Shown here: positions 50,771-63,596 of the stretch, in pieces
Layout of the letters: each line of letters begins with the position of its first letter
How positions within the stretch are numbered: the first letter of the stretch is position 1
NCBI RefSeq assembly: GCF_009914755.1
Contig: NC_060934.1
From: the human T2T-CHM13v2.0 reference genome, Homo sapiens
Strand: one strand, 5' to 3'
Length of the DNA stretch: 64,000 nt
Notes under the pieces: model-generated
The model's database searches: none
The model's input: only the letters and a program-made list of their open reading frames with translations
What the model was told of the DNA's origin: nothing
Position numbers and translations under genes: made by a program

Positions 50771-53307
50771 TTCCAACTTTTAAGTAATATTATCCACTTC
50801 TTCAGTGACTAATGTTAACTGTTTTACGTGCTTTAATTCTATGAAGAAGGATATTCCAAGGTAAACATTATCTCACCATTTGACACATAAGGTACCTGAA
50901 GCTCTAAGATGCTAAGTCACTATCATGATCCTTCAGATGATGGATAAAGGAGGTGGCCCCTGCACCAGGCATGTCTCGCGTTGCAGCCTGGAGTCTAAAC
51001 TGTTCCACTCTGCTGCTGCTGTGCAATGCAGTACCAGTGTGCCCTCAGCCTCAGCCTCCCTCCATCTGTCTTGCCCTGGGAAGGCCGCATGTTGCTTCAG
51101 AGCCACCTGCATCTGCCCTTGTTATCCCCAAAGCTGGATGCTGAGCATTCTAGCCTTTCATCTGTCCAACATCAGTGAATTTTGTGTATGATCTTTCTGT
51201 GTTGTTCTTAGAGCAGATAAGTGCACGTGTTCCCTGGTGACAGGAGGCAGCACTAAGTCTCTTTTGGAAGAGACATTTCTCCTAGGAGTCGAGCTGACAA
51301 TCCCAAGAACTATGCTAAGTAACAATACATCTGTGTGTGTGGTGGCCAAAGTGACTCCAAAGAAGGAGCTGTGTGTGTCACTGTCACAGTCGTGTTGAAA
51401 GCATATTGAGACAGCTGTGTTCAGATGAGAGGGTTTTCAGGTGTGGCTGCCGTGGCCAATGGCCTTTGTTCTCTACATATTTAGAAAGTGATGCCCTGAG
51501 TTAGAGTTGATGGGAGAACATTACACTTGATTTGCAAATGAACTAGACAACTTTGAGAAGCAGGTTGAGGCAGAAGGAAGAGATGATTCTTGAAATACAG
51601 AAGACTGATTATTAAGGCCAGATCCAGCTGTATGTCACGTGGAGAGATAAGCATTCTTTTCATGTTCCTCTGTTAATCTTTCTCAGACAAAGCACAGTCA
51701 CTGCTGCCCCTGAAGCCACACTCTCTCTTGGGCACATTTCCTTCAATCCTGGGGGTACCAAGGTGTTAATAAATTATTATGTTTGATATTTATCCCTCCT
51801 ACATGGCAGGTTTGTATTTGAACTAGGAGCTTCCAGAAAACAGAAAGCAACTTGCTCAACAAATAAGAAGTGGATGTCTCCTATGAACTGAGCCCTCTCC
51901 TGATGCTGGGGAGGAGCTGTTGAGTGGCCCAAGCAGAACAGTCCCTAATAGTAAGGAGTTGATATTCTGCTGTAAACACTAAGCATTGAGGGTAAAGAAA
52001 CCTCCTCAAGCAGGGAGGTAAAGATAATTTTATAAGTACAAGAGCCTCAAATCATTCCTTGAAACTGTTTGCCTTTCATGCCCATGTAGACCTGGCCATA
52101 AGATTTATTTAAATACATTAATAATCAGACTCTAATAACTCAGGATCAGGAACATTGATGTGCTTTTTAAAAAAATTGGTCGCCATTCACAATACAGTGG
52201 CTTCTGAGGGCAGACACACCTGGGTGGTGTCTCCTGTAGTGCTGAATGAGCTCCTTCCAGAACCTGTCATAAAAATTTCGGGATTAAAGCATCCCATTCC
52301 ATCAGAAAGTCTCCCTCTAAATTACCACAGACTTGCATTTTACTCAATAAAACCTCTCCCCAATTCTGCCCACGTAGCTGGAAAGGCAGACGATGGCTGT
52401 GCTATATCATTATGTTCCTCCGGCTTCTGCCAACTCAAACGATTACAGGCAATTCTAAAACTTTCTGTCCTATTGTTCTGATAGGTCTGGAAATAAATTT
52501 AGAAATTCATTATGAGCATCAGTGCTCACATTCATATCTTTTTAACTGAGAAAACAAAGCACCCTCTCCTCCCGCTTTATAAAGAGAATTTGGGATTTGG
52601 AAAATGCTGAAAAATTAATATGTTATTCCTAATTCCATATGCATATCCACACTTGTAAAACAACTGCATCCTTTTAATGTCAGACCATAAATTGCTTGGG
52701 ATGTTATTTGATCTGCCTTCCATTTGTCAGCCAAGAAAATCATCTCATAAGATATGGGAAACTGTCCAATCTAAACACATGTTCTACTTATACTTATACA
52801 GACCTGCCCCTTTTCAGAATCAATTCAAAGTGCCTTAAAACCAAAGGTTTGTATTTTGGAGCAATTATACATAAGCCAACTATAAACTGGATGTACTTGG
52901 TATGATAAGGCTTTAAATTTGTCTCTGGGTTTCTCACAAATGAAGCAAAAAGAAAACCACTGTCACCTTACAGAAAAAGAAGGCACCCTTCCTTTTAGGA
53001 AGTAAACAAAGTTTTTTTCTAGCCTCAGACGTAAAACCAAATCTATTTCACCATCAAGACTTAGTATAGTAAACATCATTTTCGTAGTAGGCACATTTAT
53101 AAACATTTTTCTCTTTCTTAGAAACATTAAAAAAAAAGTAAAACACTTTTTAAAATAATCTGTTAGCTAAAATATCTAATAATCCGTTAGTTAGATATTT
53201 ACTAATTCAAATTCACTAAGTTAAGTTAGCAAGGTTCTCAGTAAGAACTTTGTTGTATTTATTCAGAATTTGTGCTAAATGAATAAATTGTAGCTGCTTT
53301 GCCACAT

Positions 53308-53450
53308 GGACCACACAAAGGGTAAATAAGTGAGATGATGAATATGTTAATTTGCTTCACAATAGTAACCACTTTAATATCTTTATGTTCCTCATAACAT
53401 CACATTTTATACCTTAAATTATGCAAAATAAAATTTATTTAAAAATAAAG
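53308..53450 (+). mobile_element. L1MA 3' terminus
   Basis: ggtaaataagtgagatgatgaatatgttaatttgcttcacaatagtaaccacttt..cataacatcac..ataccttaaa plus A-rich tail. Confidence 0.85.
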
Positions 53451-54376
53451 AAATCAGAATGAAACAAAACCACAAAATACATAAGATGTGCATATTCCTT
53501 TCTATAGACAATTAGTTTTGGAATGAAGAATGTGATTAATAATATTTTTAATCAAAAATGAGTCTTCTACTATGATCCACTGAGACAATCAAGCATTGTA
53601 TCATAATTTTATCAATAGATTTGATATTAAGAATAGGATAGCACAGAATATTTAATTATCAAGACCACTTTAGATACATCAAAACAGTAAAATCTGGCTA
53701 GCTAAATTCAGTGAATTTGAATTAGTAAATGTCTATGTAACAGGTTCTTTTAAAAAAAGTTTTGCTTCTTTAATATTTTCAAGAAAGAGAAAGAATATTT
53801 TAAAATGTATCTACTAAATAAATGATCATTACTATACTAAGTATTGATGGTACAAATTTGAATCAAATATGGAAACTTATTTCCTGGGCCTTCTAGAGTA
53901 GAAGAGAAGATGAGTGAAATACAATGAATGAAATAAAAATGACAAAGGATAAAAGTGACATCAGAGAAAGATAGAACCAGAGAACTTCATAGAACACTGT
54001 TAAAGTATTAAACATTAAAAAAGGAAAGAAGTAGTAGTGAACATCAAAGATACTGATTCAATCACAGTATCATTATTAAGGAAGCCAGGAGCAAAAACCA
54101 TTCTGAGATACAAGAAAGTGTATTTAAATTGTACCCATTTGAGTTGTGTCCTGTATGTATATATGCATACATGTGTTTGCATTTGTGTTATTTTCACTGC
54201 TTCTTTGGGTCATAAGTTATTTTCTAACTGATTCTGCTTGATTTGTTTGGTAAAGCTTTCACTTTATGCCAGCAAGAGGTTCAAATATGTCCAAATCTCT
54301 CAAAGATTTTTCAAATCTCTTCCAGGGTGGTTATGAGGGCTCAGGGTCTGCACATGTTAGCTTATTCAGGTGAGGG

Positions 54377-54391
54377 GTGTGTGTGTGTGTA

Positions 54392-54429
<38 letters not shown>
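54377..54429. repeat. Compound (TG)n(AG)n microsatellite
   Basis: Read directly from the sequence. Confidence 0.95.
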
Positions 54430-54685
54430 GTGGGACTGAATACAGAAAGAGACAGAACCCATTATTCTATATATACTGTTGCCACAAGCAAAAAACCATC
54501 ACATCTCATTTCCCCTGTGATTATAGTTTTTATATTATAACTATAAAGAAGAATTATCTAGTTGCTCTAGCCACTATACCTACTTCTTCACCCACCATTT
54601 CCTTTGACCTCACCTTAATCAGATTTTTGAACTCATAATTCTATGAATCCACTGTGTTTGGAGTCATCAATAGTTTTTATCCTTC

Positions 54686-55039
54686 TGTATTAGTCCGCTC
54701 TCATGCTATTAATAAAGACATACCCTAGACTGGATAATTTCTAAAGGAAAGCTGTTTAATGGACTCATAGTGCCACATGGCTAGGGAAGCCTCACAATCA
54801 TGGTGGAAGACCAAGGAAGAGCAAAGTCACCTCTTACAGGGTGGCAGGCAAGAGAGCTTGTGCAAGGGAACTCCCGTTTATAAAACCATCAAACCTCGTG
54901 ACACTCACCATCACGAGAACAGCATGGGAAAAACCCGCTCCCGTGATTCAATGACCTCCCATCAGGTCCCTCTCACGACACATGGGGATTATTACAATTC
55001 AAGGTGAGATTTGGGTGGGGACACAGCCGAACCATATCA
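54686..55039 (-). mobile_element. THE1 (THE1B/C-like) solo LTR with perfect 5-bp TSD
   Basis: TGTATTAGTCCG...GGGACACAGCCGAACCATATCA flanked by CCTTC on both sides. Confidence 0.96.
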
Positions 55040-55085
55040 CCTTCCAAAGAGAACGATCCGCCTTTGGTCTTCATGTTATTTGGCC

Positions 55086-55204
55086 TCTCCACTGCTCAGC
55101 GTGTCATACCTGCTCTTCCCTCACCTGGCTGCCAGGGTGTGCATCTCCACTGAGCTGAGTGTTTCAGACCTGCTCTTCGCTCACCTGGCTGCCAGGGTAT
55201 GGCA
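55086..55204. repeat. ~58-60-bp tandem duplication
   Basis: tctccactg..acctgctcttc(c/g)ctcacctggctgccagggt occurs twice. Confidence 0.9.
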
Positions 55205-58200
55205 CAACCCAGTGTTTTCCTACACCAATGACTTCCCCCTCCCACCTGCTTTGCTGGTTCCCCTGTAAATATTATTGTATCCCAGGGTTTATTTCTGGGC
55301 CCTCTTTGCATCATCCGTATCTTCCTATACCACCTCAGGCAGATCCATGACTTCATGCAGCAATTCAACAAGACAACTAGCAAATATATTTTTGTAGCTT
55401 CACTCTTTCCCCTGAGTCTACTGTATGGGTGATCGGGAGTGTTATCGAGTGGTCTGGAAAGGGGAGATGAAAAGTCAAACTTGATCCACTTCTGACCTGG
55501 ATCATACAGCCAGAAGGAGTGCCCTCGGGGGGACGTGGTATCGTTTTCTACTTCATAACTGAGTAATGAGGTCAAAATAAGTAATTTTCCACCCACTGAA
55601 AGTCCATCATTGTAGCTGACCTTTCAACCTTTGCTGCTAAACCCAGCACCCCGTGATGTTGAATGTTCTTTATTCCCAAAGTGACTTCACTGAGTGTCCG
55701 GCTTCGGTTTTTTTGTTTCCTTGTTTTCACATAGCTAACAACGTGTCATGTTCTTAATTCCTGGAGTGACCGAAGCTTGGGGGTTTTGCTTGTTTGATTT
55801 TACACAGTCCATGATCTTATTAAACCATTCATCAAAACACAGAAACCCAGATCCAGGCCCAGCATTCTGGACCCTACGTCCCTTAAGCTCATTGAGAGTT
55901 TCATTTACTGTATCAAAATCAGCATGGACCATTGAGAAAGCTTCCTGTACTTTGGGATCTGTGTGGATTATGTTTAAAAATATTTGTAAAAGATACAGCC
56001 CCTGCTGCCCAGACACTCGATATGAGTGCTGTGGGAATAGAGTTTGAACTCCACCATCAACTCTGTAACTGTGAGTAGAAAAGGGGCCAAGCCATGACAT
56101 TGTAGATTTGGGAACCCAGGAGCCCTGTGTGGGTAGAGCAAAGGCATCTGGTCGAGTTAGGGTACAGGAAGACGCAGAAAGAGGTTTTTGGAGACATTGG
56201 GCCAGACTCTTCTGTAGCAACTGAGGCTCCAACTAATACTCCAGCAGGGTTAGAGTTAGGGTTAAACAGAACTAGGCAGATGGTTCATGAGGGTGGAAAG
56301 CAGTGGACATTGGGGTGGGAGGATCAGTCTGTGGGGGAGCAGCCTGTGGGTGTTGGAGGGTCACTGACTTCCCAAGGGGTCAGGAAGAAGAAGGGCAGTG
56401 GCCCAGTAAGAAAGGAATGGGTCCTGGATTAGACCCAGACTCCTGTCTCCACACTGGAACTCTCTGCACTCAGGCAAGAGAATTAATTACCTGAGCTTTT
56501 TTTTTCTTCTTTTTTTTTTAATTTATACTATGACACTTTTATTTCCTAATTTGCTGGCTTGCTGTAAGTTTCCCAGCATTAGTAAGGAACATTCCTGGAG
56601 CACCAGAGACTCACAAGATCTGCCTCTTCGTGGCTTCACGTGGCGCTCAGGCCTGTCTTCTTTCCTGGCTCTCCCTGCTGGCCCTCCTGCCTGCGTGTTC
56701 CCTTCCCACAAACCCCATGCCCTTCTCATTGTTCTGTTCTGTTCTGTTCTCCTTCTCGTTTGTCCTTTTCCTAGTGTCGTTTTTCTTTCAGTTCATCACC
56801 CTCTCTCTTCCCTGGACCATCAGTCACCATAAAGGCATGGCCTCAAGTGACCAAATGAAAGCTGATTGTTATGTTGTTATTTTTAACCTGAAAGAAACCA
56901 AAAGAAGGAAGAAGGCAAAACCTGTGTTCTATGTCAGGAAGTCAGCCGGGCAATTCTCAGATGTCTCATTTAAGACCTCATTTAATGAAAACACATCTCA
57001 AGGGTAGTTTTGAATATGTCAGTGTTCGGGGTTTTAGGAACTTGAGGAAGGCCAGGTGGCTCACAGATGGAGAGCACTCCAGTTCTGCAGGCCGTAAGGT
57101 TTTTCCCCTGTGGGCCGATGGACAGAAGACGAGGGGGGCTGGTCCTGGATTGAGGTCTGTGCTTCACTGTGTTTTTCTCAGTGCGAAGTTGGAACACAAG
57201 AGCATGAGTGAAACTTATAATCGTGAACGATATAATTTACTGCGCAGGCACCGCCCAAGTTATGACTGGGAATTACGAAGCTCAGTCAGGAGGAACAGAT
57301 TCTATCTTCTCTGACTCATTGTTTCATCTGGGACGGAGGCTGATAAGAAAATAGGTCCCGTCGTTTTTTTTGCAGGACATGGTACTCTCGGTTTTGAAAT
57401 AGGGAGAGAACTTAATTTCATTGCCAGTTTTGCATTTTACCTGCCTATTCATTGCGATGCTCATTTAGAAACCTACTGTTTCCTTGGCAACTGCTCTTTT
57501 CTTTTCCTTCCATTGTGTCTTATTAGTTAACACACTGTTAAAACTGTGTTAAAGGAAAATTATAATTTATAACAATTTATCTTGTTTAGCAATAACCTGA
57601 CCATTGTGGTCATTCTCTCCACAGTTAACATACAGCCACATGGCAGAGATAAATGATAAACCACGCTGACGATAATCTTAGGAGGTAAGTGGTCGGCAGA
57701 GTGAAAAATCACTGCACGGGAATCTAGCAAGATTTTTTCCAGACGTCTCTGGGGGTGTTGAAAAGGCCATGAGGTGTCCAGGCTCCTGGTACACCATGAA
57801 GTAATTTCCAGGGCTTGCTTGGCCATGGGTGAGACAAAGCCAGAAGGAGAGAGAGAATTATGGGCCTCTGGGCTATTCAGACTCAACATCTTGGAAACCT
57901 GAGGCCCAGGGCCCAGCAGGCCTCTCACTGAATATGACCTGGAACTATTTGGCTGTCCCCAATTCATTATCCAATGTCTGTCTCTCCAGATGGCATGCCC
58001 TCTGCACCTGCTCCCAGTGGCCTCAGGGGTGCAGGGCAGAGGGTTCACTCAGCTCTGCATCTTCAGCTCACACCAGGACGCCTTCCCTAGTGAATAACAC
58101 ACAAATACCAGGGATGCCTTCCAAGGGGCTGGCAGGTGGCTGCCTTTGTGTTCCATGTTTACTGGGTCTGACTGTCAGCCTGTGGCCCCGGCTGGCTTTT

Positions 58201-58374
58201 GAAGCACTGTTTGTGGCACCCAGCCGTCCATAACACAGCTAAGATCTGCCTGCTCACATCACATTGCACATGGGCGTTTGCTGTGATGAGAAGTCATTGC
58301 ATGTTTCCAAGCAGCCATTCTCAATTTCAGGTGGCATTCGTTCCTGATGTATTGGTAGGGAACAAAGAAGGAAG

Positions 58375-58500
58375 TGTTAAAAGAAAAACTTCAGCCAAAC
58401 TAAATTTAAAGGGGTTTAATTGAGCAATGAACGGTTCCTGAATTGGACAGCCCAATTGGACCCCTGAATTGGACAGCAGATTCAGAGAGATTCCAGGAGC
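58375..58500 (-). mobile_element. MER57-like ERV1 LTR end fragment
   Basis: TGTTAAAAGAAAAACTTCAGCCAAACTAAATTTAAAGGGGTTTAATTGAGCAATGAACG..CAGCAGATTCAGAGAGA. Confidence 0.8.
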
Positions 58501-58604
58501 CTGAATTTAAATTAAGTTCTAAAATGAGACTTAGGTTGACTATTATGAGCAGTTTGATGGTATTCCCACAAAAATTCATTAGTACTTGTTTACAAGTAGA
58601 TTTC

Positions 58605-58683
58605 TTTTAATTTTTTATTTTGAAATAATTATAGATTCAATTTCACAGAATATTGCAAAGAAAATGCACAGGGAGATCCCGTG

Positions 58684-58717
<34 letters not shown>

Positions 58718-60340
58718 AGATGGAGTTTTGCTCTTTTGCCCAAGCTGGAGTGCAATCTCCTGATCTTGGCTCACTGCAACCTCCGCCTTCTGGTTTCAAG
58801 CAATTATCCTGCCTCAGCCTCCTAAGTAGCTGGGATTACAGGCACCCTCTGCCATGCCTGGTTAATTTTTGTATTTTTAGTAGAGACGGGGTTTCACCAT
58901 GTTGGCCAGGCTGCTCTCGAAATCCTGATCTCATGATTCACCAGCCTTGGCCTCCAAAAGTACTAGGATTACAGGCATGAGCCACTGCACCTGGCCAATT
59001 CCGTGTCTTTTTGACTCAATTTTCCCCAACAGACAATGGTGATATTATACATAACTATAATACAGCCTCAGAACCAGAAACTTGACATGGATAGAATCCT
59101 TGGCGCTTACTCAGATTGTATTAGTTTTATACACACTGGTTTGGTGTGTGTGTAGATTTATGCAGTGCTACTCCACGAGCAGATTCATGCCACCACCTCC
59201 ACAATCAGTACACAGAACGGCTCCATCACCAGGAGGTTCCCGTTGTGGACACACCCCCTCCACCCCATTGCTAACCCAGACATCCACTAATCTGTCTGCA
59301 TCTCCACAATTTTCTAGTTTCAAACATTATATAAATGGAAACATAGGATATGCAACATTTGGAGATCAGCTTTCTTTGTTCAGCATAACTTCCTTGAGAT
59401 CCTCCCAAGATGTTTGTACCACAGTTGGTTTTAACCCTCCGTCCCCTGAAGGACATTTCTGGTGTTTTCATTTTCTAGCTCTTATACATAGAGTTGCTAT
59501 GAACATTCAAGTGCAGGATTTAGTGTGAGAGTGATTTCTGGGTCATATGTTAAGTACGTGTTTAGTTTTAGAAGAAACTGCCAAAATATATTCTGCATAC
59601 TTCACCATTCCACATTCCTCCCAGCAATATATGAGTGACTCAATGTATCAGTATCTTCTCCAGCATTTAAAATCATCACCATTTTTTAAATTTTAGCCAT
59701 TATGTCAGGTCTTTAGTGATATCTGATTGTTACTTTAATTTGTGTTTCTCTATTTTTCTGTGTGCTTACTCTCCACCTGTGTATGCTTTTCAGTGAAATG
59801 TCTGTTCATATCTTTTGTCCATTTTCTAGTTGGAATGTTTCTGTTTTACCTTTGAGTTCTTAGAGTTCTTCATAAATCTTAGGTCCAAGGTCTTTGTCAG
59901 ATGGGTATTTTGCAAGTATTTTCCCTAGTCTATAGCTTGACATTTTGTCCTTTGCACAAGATCTTTCTCAGGGAAAAAGCTTTTGATTTTGATGAGGTCC
60001 AAATCATCAATCTTCTTTTTTACAGATAATGCTTTTGGTGTCAAGCTTTGCATAGCCTGAGGTCCCAAAGTTTTCTTCTGTGTGTGTGCTTTTCCCTAAA
60101 AGTGTTATAGCTGCAGGTGTTACATTTAAATCCATGACTCATTTTGAGTTGATTTTTGTAAAAGGTGCGAAACTTAGCTCAAGATTCTTTTCTTTTATTT
60201 TTTATTTTGCCTATTTTTGTCTAATGCTCCAGCACCCATGTGCTGAAAGGTTTTCTTTCATTGAATTTACTTTATGCCTCTGTCGATAATCAATTGGGCA
60301 TATATCCTTTTATCTGTTCAGTTGGATGTGTGTTTTTGAC
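58605..60340 (-). mobile_element. L1ME1-like 3'UTR plus ORF2 end, split by an Alu
   Basis: ttattttgaaataattatagattc..ataactataataca..gaaccagaaacttgacat..gctatgaacattc..ttttgatgaggtccaa. Confidence 0.85.
58686..58996 (-). mobile_element. AluS with TSD
   Basis: TSD gatcccgtgtcttttt / aattccgtgtcttttt. Confidence 0.97.
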
Positions 60341-60449
60341 TTGCATTCATAAATTTCTTCTATAGTTATTTTTCTATCCAAGCCTACCATTCCTTGAGTC
60401 CATTTTAGGAATTAATATTTTTCCAGGAAATTGATCATTTCACTTAGCA

Positions 60450-61390
60450 TTTTTAAAATTTACACACAGGAAAATTCAATCTTTGTAGCATATATTCATA
60501 TGAGTTTAGACAATGTATAAAATTTATGTAAACAGCACAATCAAAATGTAGAAGCTGGGCACAGTGGCTCACAACCTGTAATCCCAGTATTTTAGGAGGC
60601 CAAGGCAGGAGGATCATTGGAAGCCAGAAGATCAAGGTCAGCCTAGGAAACATAGCGAGAGATCCTGTCTCTACAGTTTTTTTTTTTTAATTAGCCAGGA
60701 GTGGTGGTGAATGCCTGTAGTCCCAGTGACTTGGGAGGCTGAGGCAGGAGGATCACTTGAGCCTATAAGTAAGTTCAAGGCTGCAGTGAGCTATGATGGC
60801 ACCACTGCATTCCAGCCTAGGCATCAGTGAGTCCCTGTCTCTAAAAAAAACAAAATGAACTATGTAGAAAAGTTCCGTTAATCTCCCCAAAATTTTCCTG
60901 GTGCAGCTCCTTTGTAGTGAAGCCTTCCCTCAAGTAGTCTGCTTTTCTTTTTTATAATTCTGCCTTTTCCCTAATGTCACATAAATGGATTGTAAACATA
61001 CAACTTTTTAGTTTTTCTTTCACTTAGCAAAATGCATTCAAGATCCAACCATGCTGCTTCACAGATCACTAGTTCATTCTTCTATATTGCCAAATAGGAT
61101 TCCACCGTGTGGATGTGCCACAGTGGATGTGACAGACATTTGGGTTATTTCGAGTATTTGGCCATTATCAATAAAGCTGCTAAAAACATTCATGTACACA
61201 GGTTTTTGAGAGCACATAAGTTTCACATCTCTTCAATAACCATCTAACAGTGGGATGACTGTGCCGTATGTTAAGAACATGTTTAAATTTATAGAAAATG
61301 AACCCACAGTTTTCCAAAGGTCCTATTCAATTGTCCACTCCAGCAGAATTAAAGAGAGTTCTCGTTCCCCGCGCCCTGGCCAGCACTCAG
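60450..61390 (-). mobile_element. L1ME/L1MD-like 3'UTR, split by an Alu
   Basis: tatgagtttagacaatgtata..tttcacttagcaaaatgcattcaagatcca..ataaagctgctaaaaacattcatgtaca. Confidence 0.8.
60554..60856 (+). mobile_element. AluJ
   Basis: Alu dimer with J diagnostics; partial TSD atgtagaa. Confidence 0.95.
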
Positions 61391-61699
61391 TCTGTGCTCC
61401 ACTGTCTGAACACTGTTATTTCATGTGTTTTGCAGGTGTGTTTATGGTAGAAGGTGGCTCTCTACTATTCCATCATGATCAGAAGCAGAAATTTCAGTCT
61501 CCTGCTCCTTATCTTATATCATCAAACTCTCTGTTCCCCCTGCTCCCACCATCTGTGGGGGTCCCTGTGTCACTTCCACTTCATCCCATTATGCAAGTGA
61601 CCCCATTTCACACATTTTTGTACAATCTGTTGGTCTCCATGAAAGAGTGTAGCTCTTGACTTACTATATTTTCATTGATGCTCTTATCTTAATTCTCAA

Positions 61700-62575
61700 C
61701 AGGAATTCCTCCTCACTATTCTATTTCTTTTGCATCCCTCAAAAAACTTGTCACCAAATAGTGTTGACTTTTCCATCAGAACTTACCCAGACTGGGACCA
61801 GTTCTCACAATTTCCATTGCCCCAACACTCAGGCACATCTCATTCTTCTCCGTCTATGTTTTCATGGCAGCCTTCCTGCTGGTCTCCCACCTCCACAGCT
61901 GGCTTCTCACAGGATTCTCAGCACAGGAGCAGAGGAGTCACCCACACCACTGCTCAAACCCTGTGTGGCTTCCCACCTAACTCCCTAAAAGCCAATGCCC
62001 TTCCAGTGGCTGAAGGCCCTGCATGTGAGGGGCCAAATGGCCATTCCGGGCTTTGCGTTGTCTCAGGTGACTGTCCTCATTCTTGGCTCTGCCCTGGCCA
62101 CACTCACAACCTAACATCCCTGTCACTAAACACTCATCTTCCCCTGCTGTCTATTGTTTCCTTTTTCTGAGAAGGCCTTCCCTCAGACATCTCTCCTTCA
62201 TCCCTCCTGCTGTAGGACAGGTCTCACCTACACAACGAGGCTTCGCTTGGCCACCAGATTGAAAATGACACAGGGGCTTCACTTGGCCACCATATTGAAA
62301 ATGACACAGAGGCTTCACTTGGCCACCATATTGAAAATGACACAGAGGCTTCACTTGGCCACCATATTGAAAATGACACAGAGTCCTCACTTGGCCACCA
62401 TATTGAAAATGACACAGAGGCTTCACTTGGCCACCATATTGAACATGACAGAGTCATCACTTGGCCACTATGTTGAAAAAGCCACTGCATCTCTTCTGTT
62501 GGTCTCTATCACATTTCTCTGCTTCATTCATTATTCTTCATAGCATGTGATGCTAGCCAATACATTCATTGTGTT
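61700..62575 (+). mobile_element. L2a-like 3' fragment containing the minisatellite
   Basis: cagccttcctgctggtctccc..ctgctcaaaccctgtgtggcttccc..aaggccctgcatg before the array; gcttcattcattattcttcatagca after it. Confidence 0.75.
62237..62480. repeat. 36-bp minisatellite, ~6.8 copies (GAGGCTTCACTTGGCCACCATATTGAAAATGACACA)
   Basis: Units start at 62237, 62273, 62309, 62345, 62381, 62417 and 62451. Head-to-tail, no spacers. Confidence 0.97.
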
Positions 62576-62577
62576 TT

Positions 62578-62950
62578 TTATATAGATATATAAATATATC
62601 TACATAAACACATCTATTAGTATTAGTTATAATATACTAATATAACTAGTATTGGTAATAGTATTAGTTAAATTATGGTAATATGTAGTAGTACTATAAA
62701 TACATATTATATAAATATACCTACATATTTATATACATATATTATATCATATAGAATATTAATAGTATATTGTTATTCATAATGCATTCATATATATATT
62801 AGTTAAGTATTATAAAATGTAGCATTATATATATTAATTTATATGTATGATATAATACTAAATATAATCTTATATATAATACCATATAATTTAATTATCT
62901 AGAAATATGTAGTACTATATTTTTAAATTTTAAATATCATTTAAAATATT
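62578..62950. repeat. AT-rich (TA)n low-complexity tract
   Basis: Read directly from the sequence. Confidence 0.88.
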
Positions 62951-63596
62951 TTTCCAATTCAATGAAGTGGTAATTTGTAGAAATAGGTCCTCTCAAATCT
63001 CCACTTTGTTCACTCCACTTATTATCAAACTTGTCATTAGATTTCTTATATTTTTTTTCCCAAGTTCAACCTGAGAGTAAGCTTATTATTTACATTCTTT
63101 CTCTTGGAACTTACCACCTTTAAAAATTTTATTTCTCAACTGTGAGTTGTATCTTCAAGCAGATTGCTGTCTGATTCAGTTTATTAAAAGAACCACAGAA
63201 AAATCGCACATTATATTTCCATGGTTTATATCTTATTTCATAAGCTGTTCTCATGTGTCATTATAAAATACTGAACCTATTACTTACATAAGCCAGGAAC
63301 TATAAATAAACTATGGCGAAAGAGAAGATATTAACTGACAAACCTAAAAGGAAAATCTCATCTTTGATGTGTTCTCCTGAAGAAAAATACAGATATTTAA
63401 AATGCTATTAAACACCATAGTACACACTGAGTATGCAGACAAAAAGAATACAAGATTACCAAAAATGAAAAACTGACACACTAAACTTTGTATAATTTGA
63501 ACATATATGTTAATAGCTCAGAAAGCTTCAAATTTCATAAAATTTAGAGCAAAAAAGTTGAGAAGAAACTATATTATGATAAAAATGATTTTGTAA

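Larger units (their letters stand above)
54590..55490 (+). mobile_element. L2 fragment interrupted by THE1
   Basis: ctatgaatccactgtgtttggagtcatcaata|..gtcttcatgttatttggcctctc..tccatgacttc..caaatatattttt resemble L2. Confidence 0.5.

Noticed and set aside
55735-56232. 165-aa - strand ORF, among the longest outside simple repeats
   Set aside because: No recognisable domain, non-ATG start, no convincing splice sites. The length is compatible with chance, although a BLASTP or PhyloCSF check would settle it.
56246-56264. AGGGTTAGAGTTAGGGTTA as an interstitial telomere
   Set aside because: Only about three degenerate units, too short to distinguish from chance.
55096-58233. Other 125-166 aa ORFs (55096, 56630, 56931, 57560, 57829)
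   Set aside because: No protein-like composition or homology that I recognise. They overlap each other on both strands, and one lies in L2.
62237-62480. 36-bp repeats as a CRISPR array, and ORFs 62151-62543 as repeat proteins
   Set aside because: The units are head-to-tail with no spacers, there are no cas genes, and the DNA is primate. The ORFs stay open only because 36 is a multiple of 3.
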